In this document: positions 42,401 through 54,400 of the stretch, piece after piece
Numbering within the stretch: the stretch's first letter is position 1
Layout: each line of letters opens with the position of its first letter
DNA from: Nageia nagi
Taxonomy: Eukaryota > Plantae > Pinophyta
Reading direction: 5' to 3'
Assembly (NCBI GenBank): GCA_050084985.1
Contig: JBITNC010000002.1
Location: 4,588,001-4,652,000 of the forward strand
DNA: 64,000 nucleotides
Translations under genes and position numbers: made by a program
Notes under the pieces: model-generated
What the model was told of the DNA's origin: nothing
Seen by the model: the letters and a program-made list of their open reading frames with translations, nothing else
Database searches by the model: none

Positions 42401-45400
42401 AATCCTGGACATAAGAGCAGAATCCACAGACAAAGATGAACATGGCTGAGAACCCTTAGTTCAGATGAACCCGTGGAATGGTTCAGACAGATGCCTACAT
42501 CGAACACTACTGCACGCATGCTGAACATAACAAAAACCAAAATCCACAGAACAAGGTGAATGCAGCCGCAAATCCATGGTTTAGATGGACATGTTGAAAG
42601 CTTCAAACAGACACCATGGCCGACATGCTTAAATGCAGGATAGTGTATGGGTTCAGATGCACAGAATGGTTCAGACAGACGTCATGGTAGCAAACCCAGC
42701 TCAACAGTGAGAACAGGGGAGCTTCTATGGCAGAAAAGTTCAAACATGTGATGGCGAATGGTTGCAGTTGAGCAATAGCTGGTGGTTGCAGACGCAACAA
42801 AATGCAGATATGTTAAAACCCTTCTCACTTCATCAAAGTGGAAGTGCTGCAACTACAATTTTGAACACAGTTGAGGCTATTGTTGCAGTTGAAAGAGATC
42901 GTCTTCTCCATTTGTTTGTAATAGTATAAAATTTATAAAACTCCACACTACAGCAATTTACCTAATTTGCTCATATAATAATGTTTTCACAAAATGAACT
43001 TTACTTGCTCCTCCAAAGGGTTTTGGCCTCCACATGTAAATGTTTGATTCCACAATTTTCCATGCAAACCATTCATATTTAGCCATGTGTCTATTCTGCA
43101 CCAAATTCATGATAAACTCTTCCAAGAAGGAAAGTTAACAAGTCTGAAAAAGTGCCAAATCCAAAGCAGCAAGTATACACTCCCGAGCACAAGCCCATGA
43201 TCACAAAGGCATAATCACTCACAACCTCAAAAAATATATGCAATTACAAAAAGAAAAAGCAGGCTTAAGACACTTCAGGGATTAAATGTTACAACTTACA
43301 ACAAATATTTTAACAAGTAAAAATTCTTGTAGGCAGACAAACATGAAGAGGTCATCTAATCTCCAGTTAAGTTTGAGACAACAAGCAAGTAAAATCAAAT
43401 TTTCTTATTTTCTCTTTTGGAATAGTGTCGATTTTGTTAACAGTGGTAAAGCTCATGCCGAGTTTTTTGAGTCATAGTAAATAATTTAAACCTACATATA
43501 ACAGTTTTTTTAACTCGGTATTGAGCAAGTAAATAGTCAATAGAAAACTCTTTTTTCAGACTAGATAACATAAAATGTCATATCCTACATACATTTTTTA
43601 ATCACCCGAAAACCCTGCAAAGTCATTGTATCTGGTAGGCTGTCATGAGTCATGCCAAAGCACTCTGTAGACAGGAGAAAGTTAGCACCAAGGGCCTTTT
43701 ACTTATCCTCACTCACAGTGCAAACGATCCAGGCAAACATAATCTCTATATTTCTAAATTCTTCTACAAACGTACCAGCTTTGGATAATAGACAGGTGAG
43801 AATGGAGTATTCTACTGTCACTTCTCACCACACCCCTATTTATCAAAATTGATCACATAAATTTTGAGCATTCATTGTTGTTCTCAGTGTCCCCTTTTGG
43901 CTTGTATAATGCTTTTTATGCAATTGTTCCATTTTTTAAGTCCCATTGACCTACTTTGATAATTTGTGGACATTCCTAAAAGAAAAATCGACAAGCATTG
44001 AACCAAAATCTGAGAGGTCAAAATTGATCTCTTGCAAATCCATCATCATTGAAGTGATACAAGTTCTGGAAGATTCACAATGTCCTTACATAGTCACATA
44101 CAATGGCTCTTGCACAATCCCTTCTATCACATGAATCTGCCTCATGATAAATATAAAGTATTAATTTACGGTTGTTGTGGGGAAAAGATACTACAAATGA
44201 TTCAGTAAAGGAGGAATGCCAGTAGTTGATGTGATATTAGAATTATTCCCTTAATAAGGACAAACATAAAAAAATAGATTAGAAGATTGGAAAGTGACAA
44301 CAGCCTTAACTTGTTTGTATCACATTGATTTTTAATAAAATTGTGAGAAATGCCATATTGTGTTACCTGAGATGTCTCCATAGCCTAATTACAACAAGGC
44401 AATACAAGCACAAATAATAGCGGTTTTCTTCTAGCTCACGAGCTTCAGATTTGTTGTCAATGTTCCATAGAGATTGAGTCAAGAGAGCAACTTCATCTTC
44501 TGATGTCCAGTTTACTATGAATTCAAGACAGATACCATTGCCTCTTTTGAGATTCCCACAGTTCAATTTTGACCTTCTTTCGATACCTAGATCCAATATG
44601 TGGCACTCTTCCTCCAAGAGGCTTTCCTTCTCAAAAAGTGTCTCCTTTCACATGCCTATAGGGATGTTTTTCTTTCCACACGTTACTAACCCCCGCTTGA
44701 AAGGACTGGTTATCCCAAGGTTTCTAGCATCATGAGAGGTCTTATGCGACTATGACAGTTGCTATACATGGAATGCTCAAAGGGATGATAGAGGTAGCAA
44801 TTGTTAACCATGTTTTACTGTGGGCACTGGAGTTGTTCTACACCAATTGAAAGTATAGATTTTTGATGGTAAAAAAAATAAAAATAAAAGAACAAAGTAA
44901 AAGTAAAAGGAAATGCAAGGTTAGGATGATGGCATACAAGGTGAATTCATTCAAAGACAAGTTCACCAATAGATCAGTGGTTAGATCACTTTCCCTCCAG
45001 GTTTGTTATGATGTACTTACTCACTTATCCGATCCCTGCCACAAATGACTAAGTCCAAGTTTTAAGCAAGGCAAAGCCTATAGCAGTGTTACCAAGTGCA
45101 ACAACATAAGTAGTCCATCAAGCCAAAGGACATAGAAAGAATTTCACCAACATATATCCATTTGCATGCAAAAGAGTGAACAATATTTATCAAATGGCAA
45201 TCACACAACTTCATAAGATACTCATTCAACTTTCTAACAAGCATACACTTGCGAGAAATGCACGCAAGTCATGTAACGACCACAAGTAAACACTAAGTAC
45301 AAGTACTCAAGTCCACAATCCAATTAAGTGAAGCAAGTCTTGATTTGTTTAAGTGATGCACAACATTCACATACAAGAGAGTGTTAAAGATTTTAGCTAG

Positions 45401-48400
45401 TTCAAAATAGCTCCTCTTGAGTAAAATGATCATCCTACAGGGCTATAAATAGATTTGAGTGGCAAACCTAAGTGTTGCCCTAACCCTAATGTAAATTCAA
45501 ATGAAATTACTTGAAATAAAACCTAATTACTACTAATCCAATAGAAACGTGCCACATGGCAATACAAGATCAAGGCCAACACTTGTGGGAGCAAATCCTC
45601 ATCCATCACAAGGCTCAATCAAAATGAATAATGTTTTGAAATCCAAATTGAAATAAAATTATGCGACATAAAATGAAATTGAAATTGTTGCATCTCAAAT
45701 GTAACACCCCCATTCAGCTAATGTTGATGACTTGAGGTCTTCGTCATCACCATATTAGGCACATCAAAGACGTCCTTGTTCTAGTTCATCTACTTCATGA
45801 ATTTGGCTGAAATTGGTCTCATCTGAAGCTTCCATACGGATGGCTCTTCCTTGTCCTTGAGTGGTCACCCTGTCTTTAGAATGGTATGGCTCTGGAAGCA
45901 TGTTCTCTTCTCCAGGGCCCTACTTCCTTTGGATCTCCTCCAGTTCTTCTACAATCCTTCTGATTTCTTTGATCCGTTTTGCTCTTGTGTCCTTGATCTC
46001 GCCTCTCTCCATCTTCTAGGTATGGGCTTCCAATTCTTGAAACTTCTTAGGATCCCTATTCAAAAAGACCTTGGTGACTGAAAACATGTTATTGACCTTA
46101 AAGATTAATTTATTTACATAGTGAGTCTTTGTAGACTCATCTTTCACCCACCGACTAGGGTCTTCATGTGATGCTCTAATCATGGCTGCTAGGTCAATGT
46201 TGAATTTCTTGTTTGATCAGGTACCATCGGTAGTCATCACCTCCTCTGGCTCAACCTTCTTCCCTTTCATCTCAAAGCTTGCCCTTGCCATTTTGATACT
46301 TGGAGAGAGAGAACAAATTTGTGATGTGGAAATGAAGGTGGACTCTCTCTTTTATAGGCAAAATTAAGCTCCATTTGTTCATAGTCGACAAGATTGGCCC
46401 AAAAAGAGGAGCATTTAATATGGCAGCTGACCTAGAAATGCGTGTGCCTTTGAAATGTTGAAATTTCCCTCCAAAACTTCAAGTGTTTGATCTTGATGCC
46501 ATTTCACCCTAAGCGCAAGTTTCAAAAAGTCATAATTATGACTTTTGAAATCATACACCTGACCCAGGTGTCATTTCTTATTGAGTGCAGGTTTTTAGAA
46601 GACAAGATTTGGTCCTTTGGAGGCATGTGCTTGATCGTCTGGGCCATTTTGGGTTTGATCATGGAGTCTTAAGTCCAACACTTAGTCATTTTTGCACTTT
46701 AAGATCTTCCTGAAGCTCTCTTATCTGGAGTGAATGCTCCAAAAAATCATATTTATGACTTTTTTTATCATGCACTTGCCTCCTGGTGTGATCTCAGGAT
46801 AGTTTTGATACGTTTTTCCTCATGCCTTAGTCATATTTTCATGTTCAAGTCACTAAGAGGGCTCTTCATCTCAGGTGCATGCTTTAGAAAGTCATATTTT
46901 CACCTTTATGTTCATCCAGGAGCCCTTCTAAGCCAGGCGCATGCTTTCAAAAGTCATGATTATGACCTTTTTTGTGTGAAGTCCCCCTTGCATAAATGTA
47001 AATAATTATGGAATGCAACGGATTCCCCTTTGTATTATATTTCATTATTGTTATTGTGCTTTAAGTTAGGACTTGGGGTAGAACACTTAATGGGTCAATC
47101 GACCCCATTGTGAGCCCCAAGTGGGACATCTCCCTCCCAAGCATAGATTAGGAGTTTTATTGTACTTGGAGATCCTGATCATGATTGTGGGAATCCCAAG
47201 GTCTATTTAGCCCTTAGGTGGATGGATGAGCACTTATGTACATGCACCAACCTTGGGGAGACTCCTAGACCCCACATTGGCCCATGATGACAACCATCCC
47301 CCACACATGGCTCCTAGATCCACATTAGGCATGCATGGCACTCCAGACCCCCACGTTGGCATTTATGGCACCTAGGCACCCATGTTGGACATGCCTAATC
47401 CCTAGGCACCCATGTTGCGCATTTTGGGCCCCCAGGAGTCTAGCGTTGGATTAGAGGAGCTAGGTAATGACTCCTAGGTGAGATCCAGATCCAATAAAGT
47501 GTACAAAAAGGCATTGGAGCCTCATAGCTAGATATACTTGATTATTATATACTTTGATATGGTCCAAAGGACAAGAGACTTAGCATAGTGCTAAGCAAAC
47601 CCCTAAGTGCAGCATCTAGGAGGATTAGCAAGCTGAGGGATCCTGTTAGTCTACGGCACTAGTGTAGCACCTTTGCCCATCCGATGGTATTCCAAGGTTG
47701 CGCTTCTAGCTTCAATGGTTTCCAGGATCAAAGGAGGGCTCCTTCAGTGGAGAGGATTCGGGTTCTAAGGCAACAAGATTGTCCCATCCGTTTGTCCAAC
47801 TTAAGAACATTTGTTGTGCCCTAGTTGGCTCCTTGGAGGCCAACATCCAACTCTGGGAGCTTGGTCTTGTATTACTGCTATTTCATATCATTATACAACC
47901 ATTGGGCCATTCGATCTCCAATTTACATTATGTGCTTGCTCATGTTTGCAACATTATCTTTGCATGTATGCAATTGTATGAGTCATATGTTGGCATTTTA
48001 TAGTGTTGTATATTGCTATCTGCCAGTTTGGGCTAGACATTGTTGGCATTGTAGTGTTGTGTATGCATAATTTGAATGCCTTAGACCAAACATTGGGGTT
48101 TACTTGGTTGAATTTGCTAATTTGTACTTAAGTTTATAATTGGATCTTTACATTTTGTCATGCACTCTCCTCCTTGTGTCTTTCTAGGATGGTTTAGGTG
48201 CCTTTGAGATCACACCTTGGTCATATCTCACCCCCAAGCCAAGCACATGCTTTGGAAAGTCATGAATTTGTCTTTTTTATCCATGCGTTGGGCTTCTTGT
48301 GTGTCTCTAAGCCCTTCTTGATGCTCCTAGATCCTTGCCTTAGACAAATTTTCATGCCAAACTCACCTAGAACCTTATCCAAACCTAGCGCATGCTCCCA

Positions 48401-51400
48401 AAAGTCATCATCTTGTCTTTTTCTGTCATGTGCTTGATCTTCATGTCTCTCTTTCTTAGGCGCAAGCTTCAAAAAGTCATAATTATGACTTTTCAAATCA
48501 TACGCTCAACCCTTTAGCCCTTCACTTGACTGGAGATCCATTCTGGAGATTGTAATTTTGCATCATAACCTTCTTCATTCCATGCAAAGGCTCCTCCTGG
48601 CTAGACGCATGTTTTGAAAAGTCATGATTTAGACCTTTTTCATCATGTGCTAGACTCCTTATCTTCCTTCAAGTTGAATTTGACATCACCTGAGGCCAAC
48701 ACTTACTCATTTTTCATATTTGCCCGGTCTTGAAGTCACCCCAAGCTGGGCGCACTTCTAGAAAATTCAAGATTGTGTCTTGTTGTACCTATGCCTCAAC
48801 TTGGGATGTTTCTCCTTGGAGCACCTGTGAAAAAGTCATGGACTTAGCCGAATTTTGTCAATTTTGGGCACAAACTCTCCATCTTGCCTCATTTTCTAGA
48901 CCTAGGTTACCCCTAGACTCTCTCCTATGTTCCAGACTTAGTCAAATTTTGACATCTTTACTCTTGGGCTTACTGTGACTAGGATTGAGAAGGATATGCA
49001 ACACTAGCTCACAATGGGGTAACAAGTGATTGCATCAAGAGGGAGGAGTCTCTGACTTCTAGTGGTCATAACTTTAACAAAATTGTTGGGTCCTCAAAAT
49101 TGCAAATTTTGGGGTGTGTTGTGTTTGAGCACAACAACACCCAATAGGGTCCATCATATTGCATCCTTCTTTCAAGCCTCCTTAGATGAGGGGGCCTATC
49201 AAAAATCACGAGAAAACCCTTCACCTCCCTCTCATCACATCAAGATGTGCTTACACAATGCCCATAGTCCTCTGAGGGTTTGTCTGATCACATCCTTCTT
49301 CACCACTAACAAAGACGACATGGGCGTTGGCCACGAAGCCTAGGGGGGTTCCACCCCAGCCACTTAGTTGGGATCATCTTTGAGCTCTCTTTGTATGCTT
49401 AATGAGGTCTCTCCTTCACCACTCACTACTACATTGTATTTCCCTTTGGCTTTATGCTTATTTGTAGGGTTTTTGATCTTTTCTTTTACCTATTCTTAAT
49501 TTCGTTTAGATGTAGGGTGGGCCATCTTGGGCCTTGCTTGCTACCTTATCATTTATGTACATAGACCGCTTTTGGTCACCTGTGAAAATTAATATATTTT
49601 CTTTCTTTCATGGATTATTAAGGCAAATTAATCATGATATAACTTTATAGACTTCATATTGTGACAAAAAATAAAATTCACTAAGAAGATCACATTTAGA
49701 CTTCCAAATTGCCACACAAAAAGGTTTCCATAATTATAATTAATCTGTGGAATAGTCATTGCGCAAAGGATAAGAAAATAAACATTAAGCAAAATGCCAA
49801 TGCAACAATGATTGGCAGTGATAATCATCTTCACAGGGGTGATCAAGAAAAACATCTCCTATAATGGATTGACAAAATTGTCATCACAGGTTAATACACA
49901 AGGAGAACAGAATATATGATTCCATCCATGGAATACCATCAAGAATAGGTCTTAAATTTATTTGCTTTTATAATCTTAAGGAATACTTGACAAGATTCAT
50001 TCCCTATATGTTTCAGTGACTTCGTAAGCTCTGAAACAGATGATATCACTGAGTGATGAATATATCTGCCACTGATTAAACAAATCAGTAGCCCAATTCA
50101 GGATCTAAAATTTTCTTTTTTCATACAAGCTTTAAAAAAATGTAAAGGTCAGTTTTTTATGCGAAATCTTAGCCAACATGTCTATTGGCATATGAGACTT
50201 TTGACAACATTCTATTAAATCATAACTGGCCCAGCTGACCTAATAGGACATAAGAAAAGTACATAGAGTCCTCAGGTTTAAGATGGATTGGAGCTTAGTC
50301 AAACGTTTAAGAGGAAATTACTTCCCTTATAGCCCACGGGAGGACTGTAACTGATCCTGTTCATTGATATTGTTAAAAATTTGATAAGAAAGAACCCACA
50401 ATTACCTTGCCCAAATTATTGGAAATGCAGGCAGCCACAGATGCCCATGGTAAGAGATGCATATCATGCTCCTTTGCAGCATTGTTGGCCAGAATTCCAA
50501 TCCTGCTGGATAATGCTGCCATTGACTGCACAATCAAGAACGAGTAGACATTTCTTTCATTTTTCTCTGCACCAAAAGCCTCACTTACAAAATCCAATGA
50601 GAAAGTGTCCATCACACTTCCTACATTTTTGTTTAAATATGAGAGTCTAAGCAATGCCTGGCGATGCCAAACCACCTCTGAATTAAGCTCTCCTATATGA
50701 CAAGAATATATTCGATCTGGTGCTTTTGCAGAAGAATTCCAAACATACATCTCTAATGTGGTTATATTTTTGAGAAAGAGCATCGTAAAGACTGCTTCTG
50801 TGTGCAGCTGACTAAACAACAATGCAATATCTTCATCTGAGTATGACTGCCGTGAAAGCTTGCTAACTGCTGCCTGTTCAGTGCTTCTTAAAGGGAAACG
50901 AAAAAGAGTTCCTGAGTACGAATTCCTCATATCACAGCCAAAAGCACAATATGAGGAGAACTGATCCTTGTAGAATGAGAGAGCTGCAGAACTGACATAT
51001 TCAATACGCTTTCCTGGATTTGATGCTGAAACATTTGGAAGGTAATTCCCCTGTGGATCAAAGAAAACCACATATTTGCCACTCACAAATGACGGTATAT
51101 CTGTCAAATGGTATACAGAATTGAAACCAACCCTGAAAGAGACACGGTTTCAACTATATGAGTATAAAAAATGATGTATCGGAGATCTTGGAAGAGACTT
51201 AAATAATAAAACACCTAGCATGAGTACATCATTTCCCCTATCTTTCCCATCCTTGATAATCCATATCTAATGCTAAAATTAAAACAAGGAAAAAATTTAT
51301 CAGGTTAATCTAAAGAGAGAATGGGCACAAGGAAAGAGCTGAAACATAAAAATAGGCAAACATGAAAGAACACAACTACATAGATGCAATCGATAAATTC

Positions 51401-54400
51401 AAGATAAATGCAACCCTAAACAAAACACAAGGTTTTCAACTAAAGAACAAAGGCACGCTTAGACTCGTAGCAATATTAATAAATATTCTGATCGCTTCCA
51501 TCACATATAAAAGCTCGTACAAAACATTTACAAGCATGTACAGCACAATTATTTGCCCCAGAGGTACAAAGAGTCCATTGTAATTGTTTTCGAGGAACCA
51601 AATGATCTTCCACCTACATGATCATGAAATAAAATTCATGCATTATGAACACAAAAATCAAATTAAATGAATGATTAAAGAAATGCTGGAAATTGGAATA
51701 ATCAAGTGAAATATGTCCAGATTCTTCTTAGATAGTCATGGTGCCGAAGAAAGATGATGCTTGGAAAATAGGCCAAAACTAAAAGTTGCACATATATTGC
51801 AAGGACAAGTTTCCTATCCTGTTATAGACAATTTTATCCTATGAGATGCATAGGGCTATTTACTTAACTAAACCAAATGTTCATTCTGCGATAACCAAAT
51901 AAAGATAAGAGAAGGCATTCCCAATATAGCCTTCTGCACATGTGAAGGTGTCATCAATTTATAGATATACACATGGACCCCTAAAAAAGGTTCAAGCTAT
52001 AATGCAGTATAGTAAAGCTCACCTATGACCTAAACAATCATAACCCCTGCTTCAAACTCTACTAAAAAATCCTTCAACACTCTTCACTTTTAAGTATTTT
52101 TCATTACAAGTGATGTAAAGAAAAAGAGTAATCGAAGATTATTTGCTGCTGCAGATAACCAATGTTTAAAGTTTAAACATTTATTAGCATTATCTGCACA
52201 ATAGAATTAAGAAATCGGCATATGTTGAGTGAAAAAAACCACTTGTTTCAAGTGCTTGCTCAGATGCTTGAGAAGTGAGAATCAAAATGTTTGGAACACC
52301 AATGCTAACTGAGGGAGATACTATATTGTACTTTGAACCTAATAGAGTCTTGTTTGAGATTGGAAAAAGTTTCCTTTGATGCTTAAACTCAAAATCAAAC
52401 CTTAAGGTGCCTCACAAGAGATTCAATATTGTGAAAAAGGAACAAAATTGATGCCATTTAAACTGAATTTTATGGTTGGCAAGCAATGAATCTTCGTATT
52501 GTGTTTTCTGTTGTGCTTTTTCCATGTATTTGGGGACATCTAGGCATCCCCATGTAGTTGCCACTATTAGCAAAAAAATGTGATAAGCTCCAAAAAACCC
52601 AATTTTTGGGCCCATGACACATTGCCAATAGACTAAGAATATTAAAAAAATGCCCTAATTATATGCACAGAGTTTACAAGCACTTGGCAGTGATGCATAC
52701 TTGTTGAACACATGTCATATTTGCTAATTAAAGGTGATCAACAATTTAATGCATTTCAAAATTTAAAAAACAAAAAATTATATAAATATTGTATTTCCCA
52801 TACTTAAAATTTATCACTTCCTTTGTTTTTCAAATTACATCTAACTAATATATTCAGCCATAAATTTCTGTGTAAAATCAACATTATTAAACCTCTGTCC
52901 ATAAATTGCCAATCATTTGAAGTTTAAATAATCCTGAATTCTTGACGTGCGAAAATAAAAATCAAATGACAAAATTTTAATCATAAAAATTCCAGAATTA
53001 TCACTTATTTAAGCTAAATTAAACCTAAATTCACAAGCGATATGAAATTTTAAACCAAGTGTCAGTATCAATCCCTTGTTTTAACCCCTCATAATATTAA
53101 CCAATATTTTCAATAAACATGCTAAAATTGGCACTCATTTAAGCCTAAAATCAAGATAATTCCTTTGGTAACATAAATTGCGGTTAATTAAGCAGAATTA
53201 ACTCTATATTATCAACCAAAATCATTGTAATAGAACTAAAGAAACCTTTATCTCCTCCACATGTTAAATTTGCCCCTGATTTCAGAGTGAATTCAAAAAA
53301 CCATCACACAATTGACCGAGTTAAAGCTATTCAAGTTTTACTTTTTAAAATGACTCATAATCCTTTTTCAATTAAAGATTTTAATGAACTTGAAACTCTA
53401 CTCTTAAACCCCTGCCAAATAATCAACCCCACTCTTAAACTCTATCACACTTTTAATCAAGTTTCACTTCTGAATAGATCTAATGGGAGGGCTTGTTTAT
53501 TGTATGGAGGAGATATATTCTACTCCAATGACGGTTGTATGCATCATCCAACCATTACATGTAATGGTGCCTCCCTCTCTATGAATAATAGTTAAATTAA
53601 AGAATGTTATCAACCTAAACTCCACTTTTAATCAAGCTTTACTTCTGAATAGACATAACGTTGAAGGATTCTCTTATGAAGGAAGAATACCCGTTTTACT
53701 CAATGAGGTGTGTACTCCCTACATGACGGTAGCATACAATGGTGCCTCCAAGTTGAGGTTTGCGGACTACATGAGCATGATTGTACTTGACAGTCCCATT
53801 GACCGCTCTTTCTTTCTAAACCCTGTCACAAATAATCAAGATTCAGTTCTGAGTAAGTCTGACTGCAAAGATGTGTGTACTAATGAGATATGTACACCTC
53901 ATATGACCGTTGTACATTATGACGCATCCCTTGACACGGATGGTAGCTAACATCAAAGAATGTTATCGACATAAACTCCATTCTTAAGCCCTGTCACACA
54001 AGTAATAAAGTTGCACTTCTGAATATGCCTAACAGTGAAGGTTTGCGTACTGCATGGAGGAGACATTTTCTAATCCAATGAGATTCGCATACCTTCTATG
54101 CACAATGCTGTGCCTCCCCGTCTACGGACAGTAGCTAAGCTATAGAATCGTCAACCGTATCCACTCTCAAATTCTGTCATACAATTAATCAAGTTTCAAT
54201 TCTGAATAGGCCTTGCTGGTCATATGTTCTAATCAATGAGGCATGTACTTTCCATATAACTGTCCCATATTAAAAAGTAATATGAACCTAAATTCCACTC
54301 TTAAACCTTGTCACCCATTTATCAGATTCCACTTCTGCATATGCTAACTGTGAAGGCTTTTGTAGTGTATTAAGGAAAAACGTTCACATCCAATGATCAG

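Larger units (their letters stand above)
44657..49136 (-). mobile_element. Giant solo-LTR-like element (~3.3 kb without nested LTR) with palindromic array, TATA-like boxes and decayed ORF
   Basis: Termini T(A/G)TAGGGATG...ACAACA; flanks ATGCC and ACACC are consistent with a CpG-decayed TSD ACGCC; no internal long direct repeat. Confidence 0.7.
44418..49609 (+). mobile_element. LINE 3' fragment (44418-44656 + 49137-49609) split by an LTR-like insertion
   Basis: Frameshifted CPVYYE..RYHCLF..TFFRYLD..ALFLQEAFLL on the left; 3' UTR and TTTTCTTTCTTTC tail on the right. Confidence 0.72.

Noticed and set aside
41216-42800. Hydrophobic ORFs and possible LINE/RNase H-like remnant in intron 2
   Set aside because: Hydrophobicity follows from T-rich sequence; no diagnostic motif could be confirmed.
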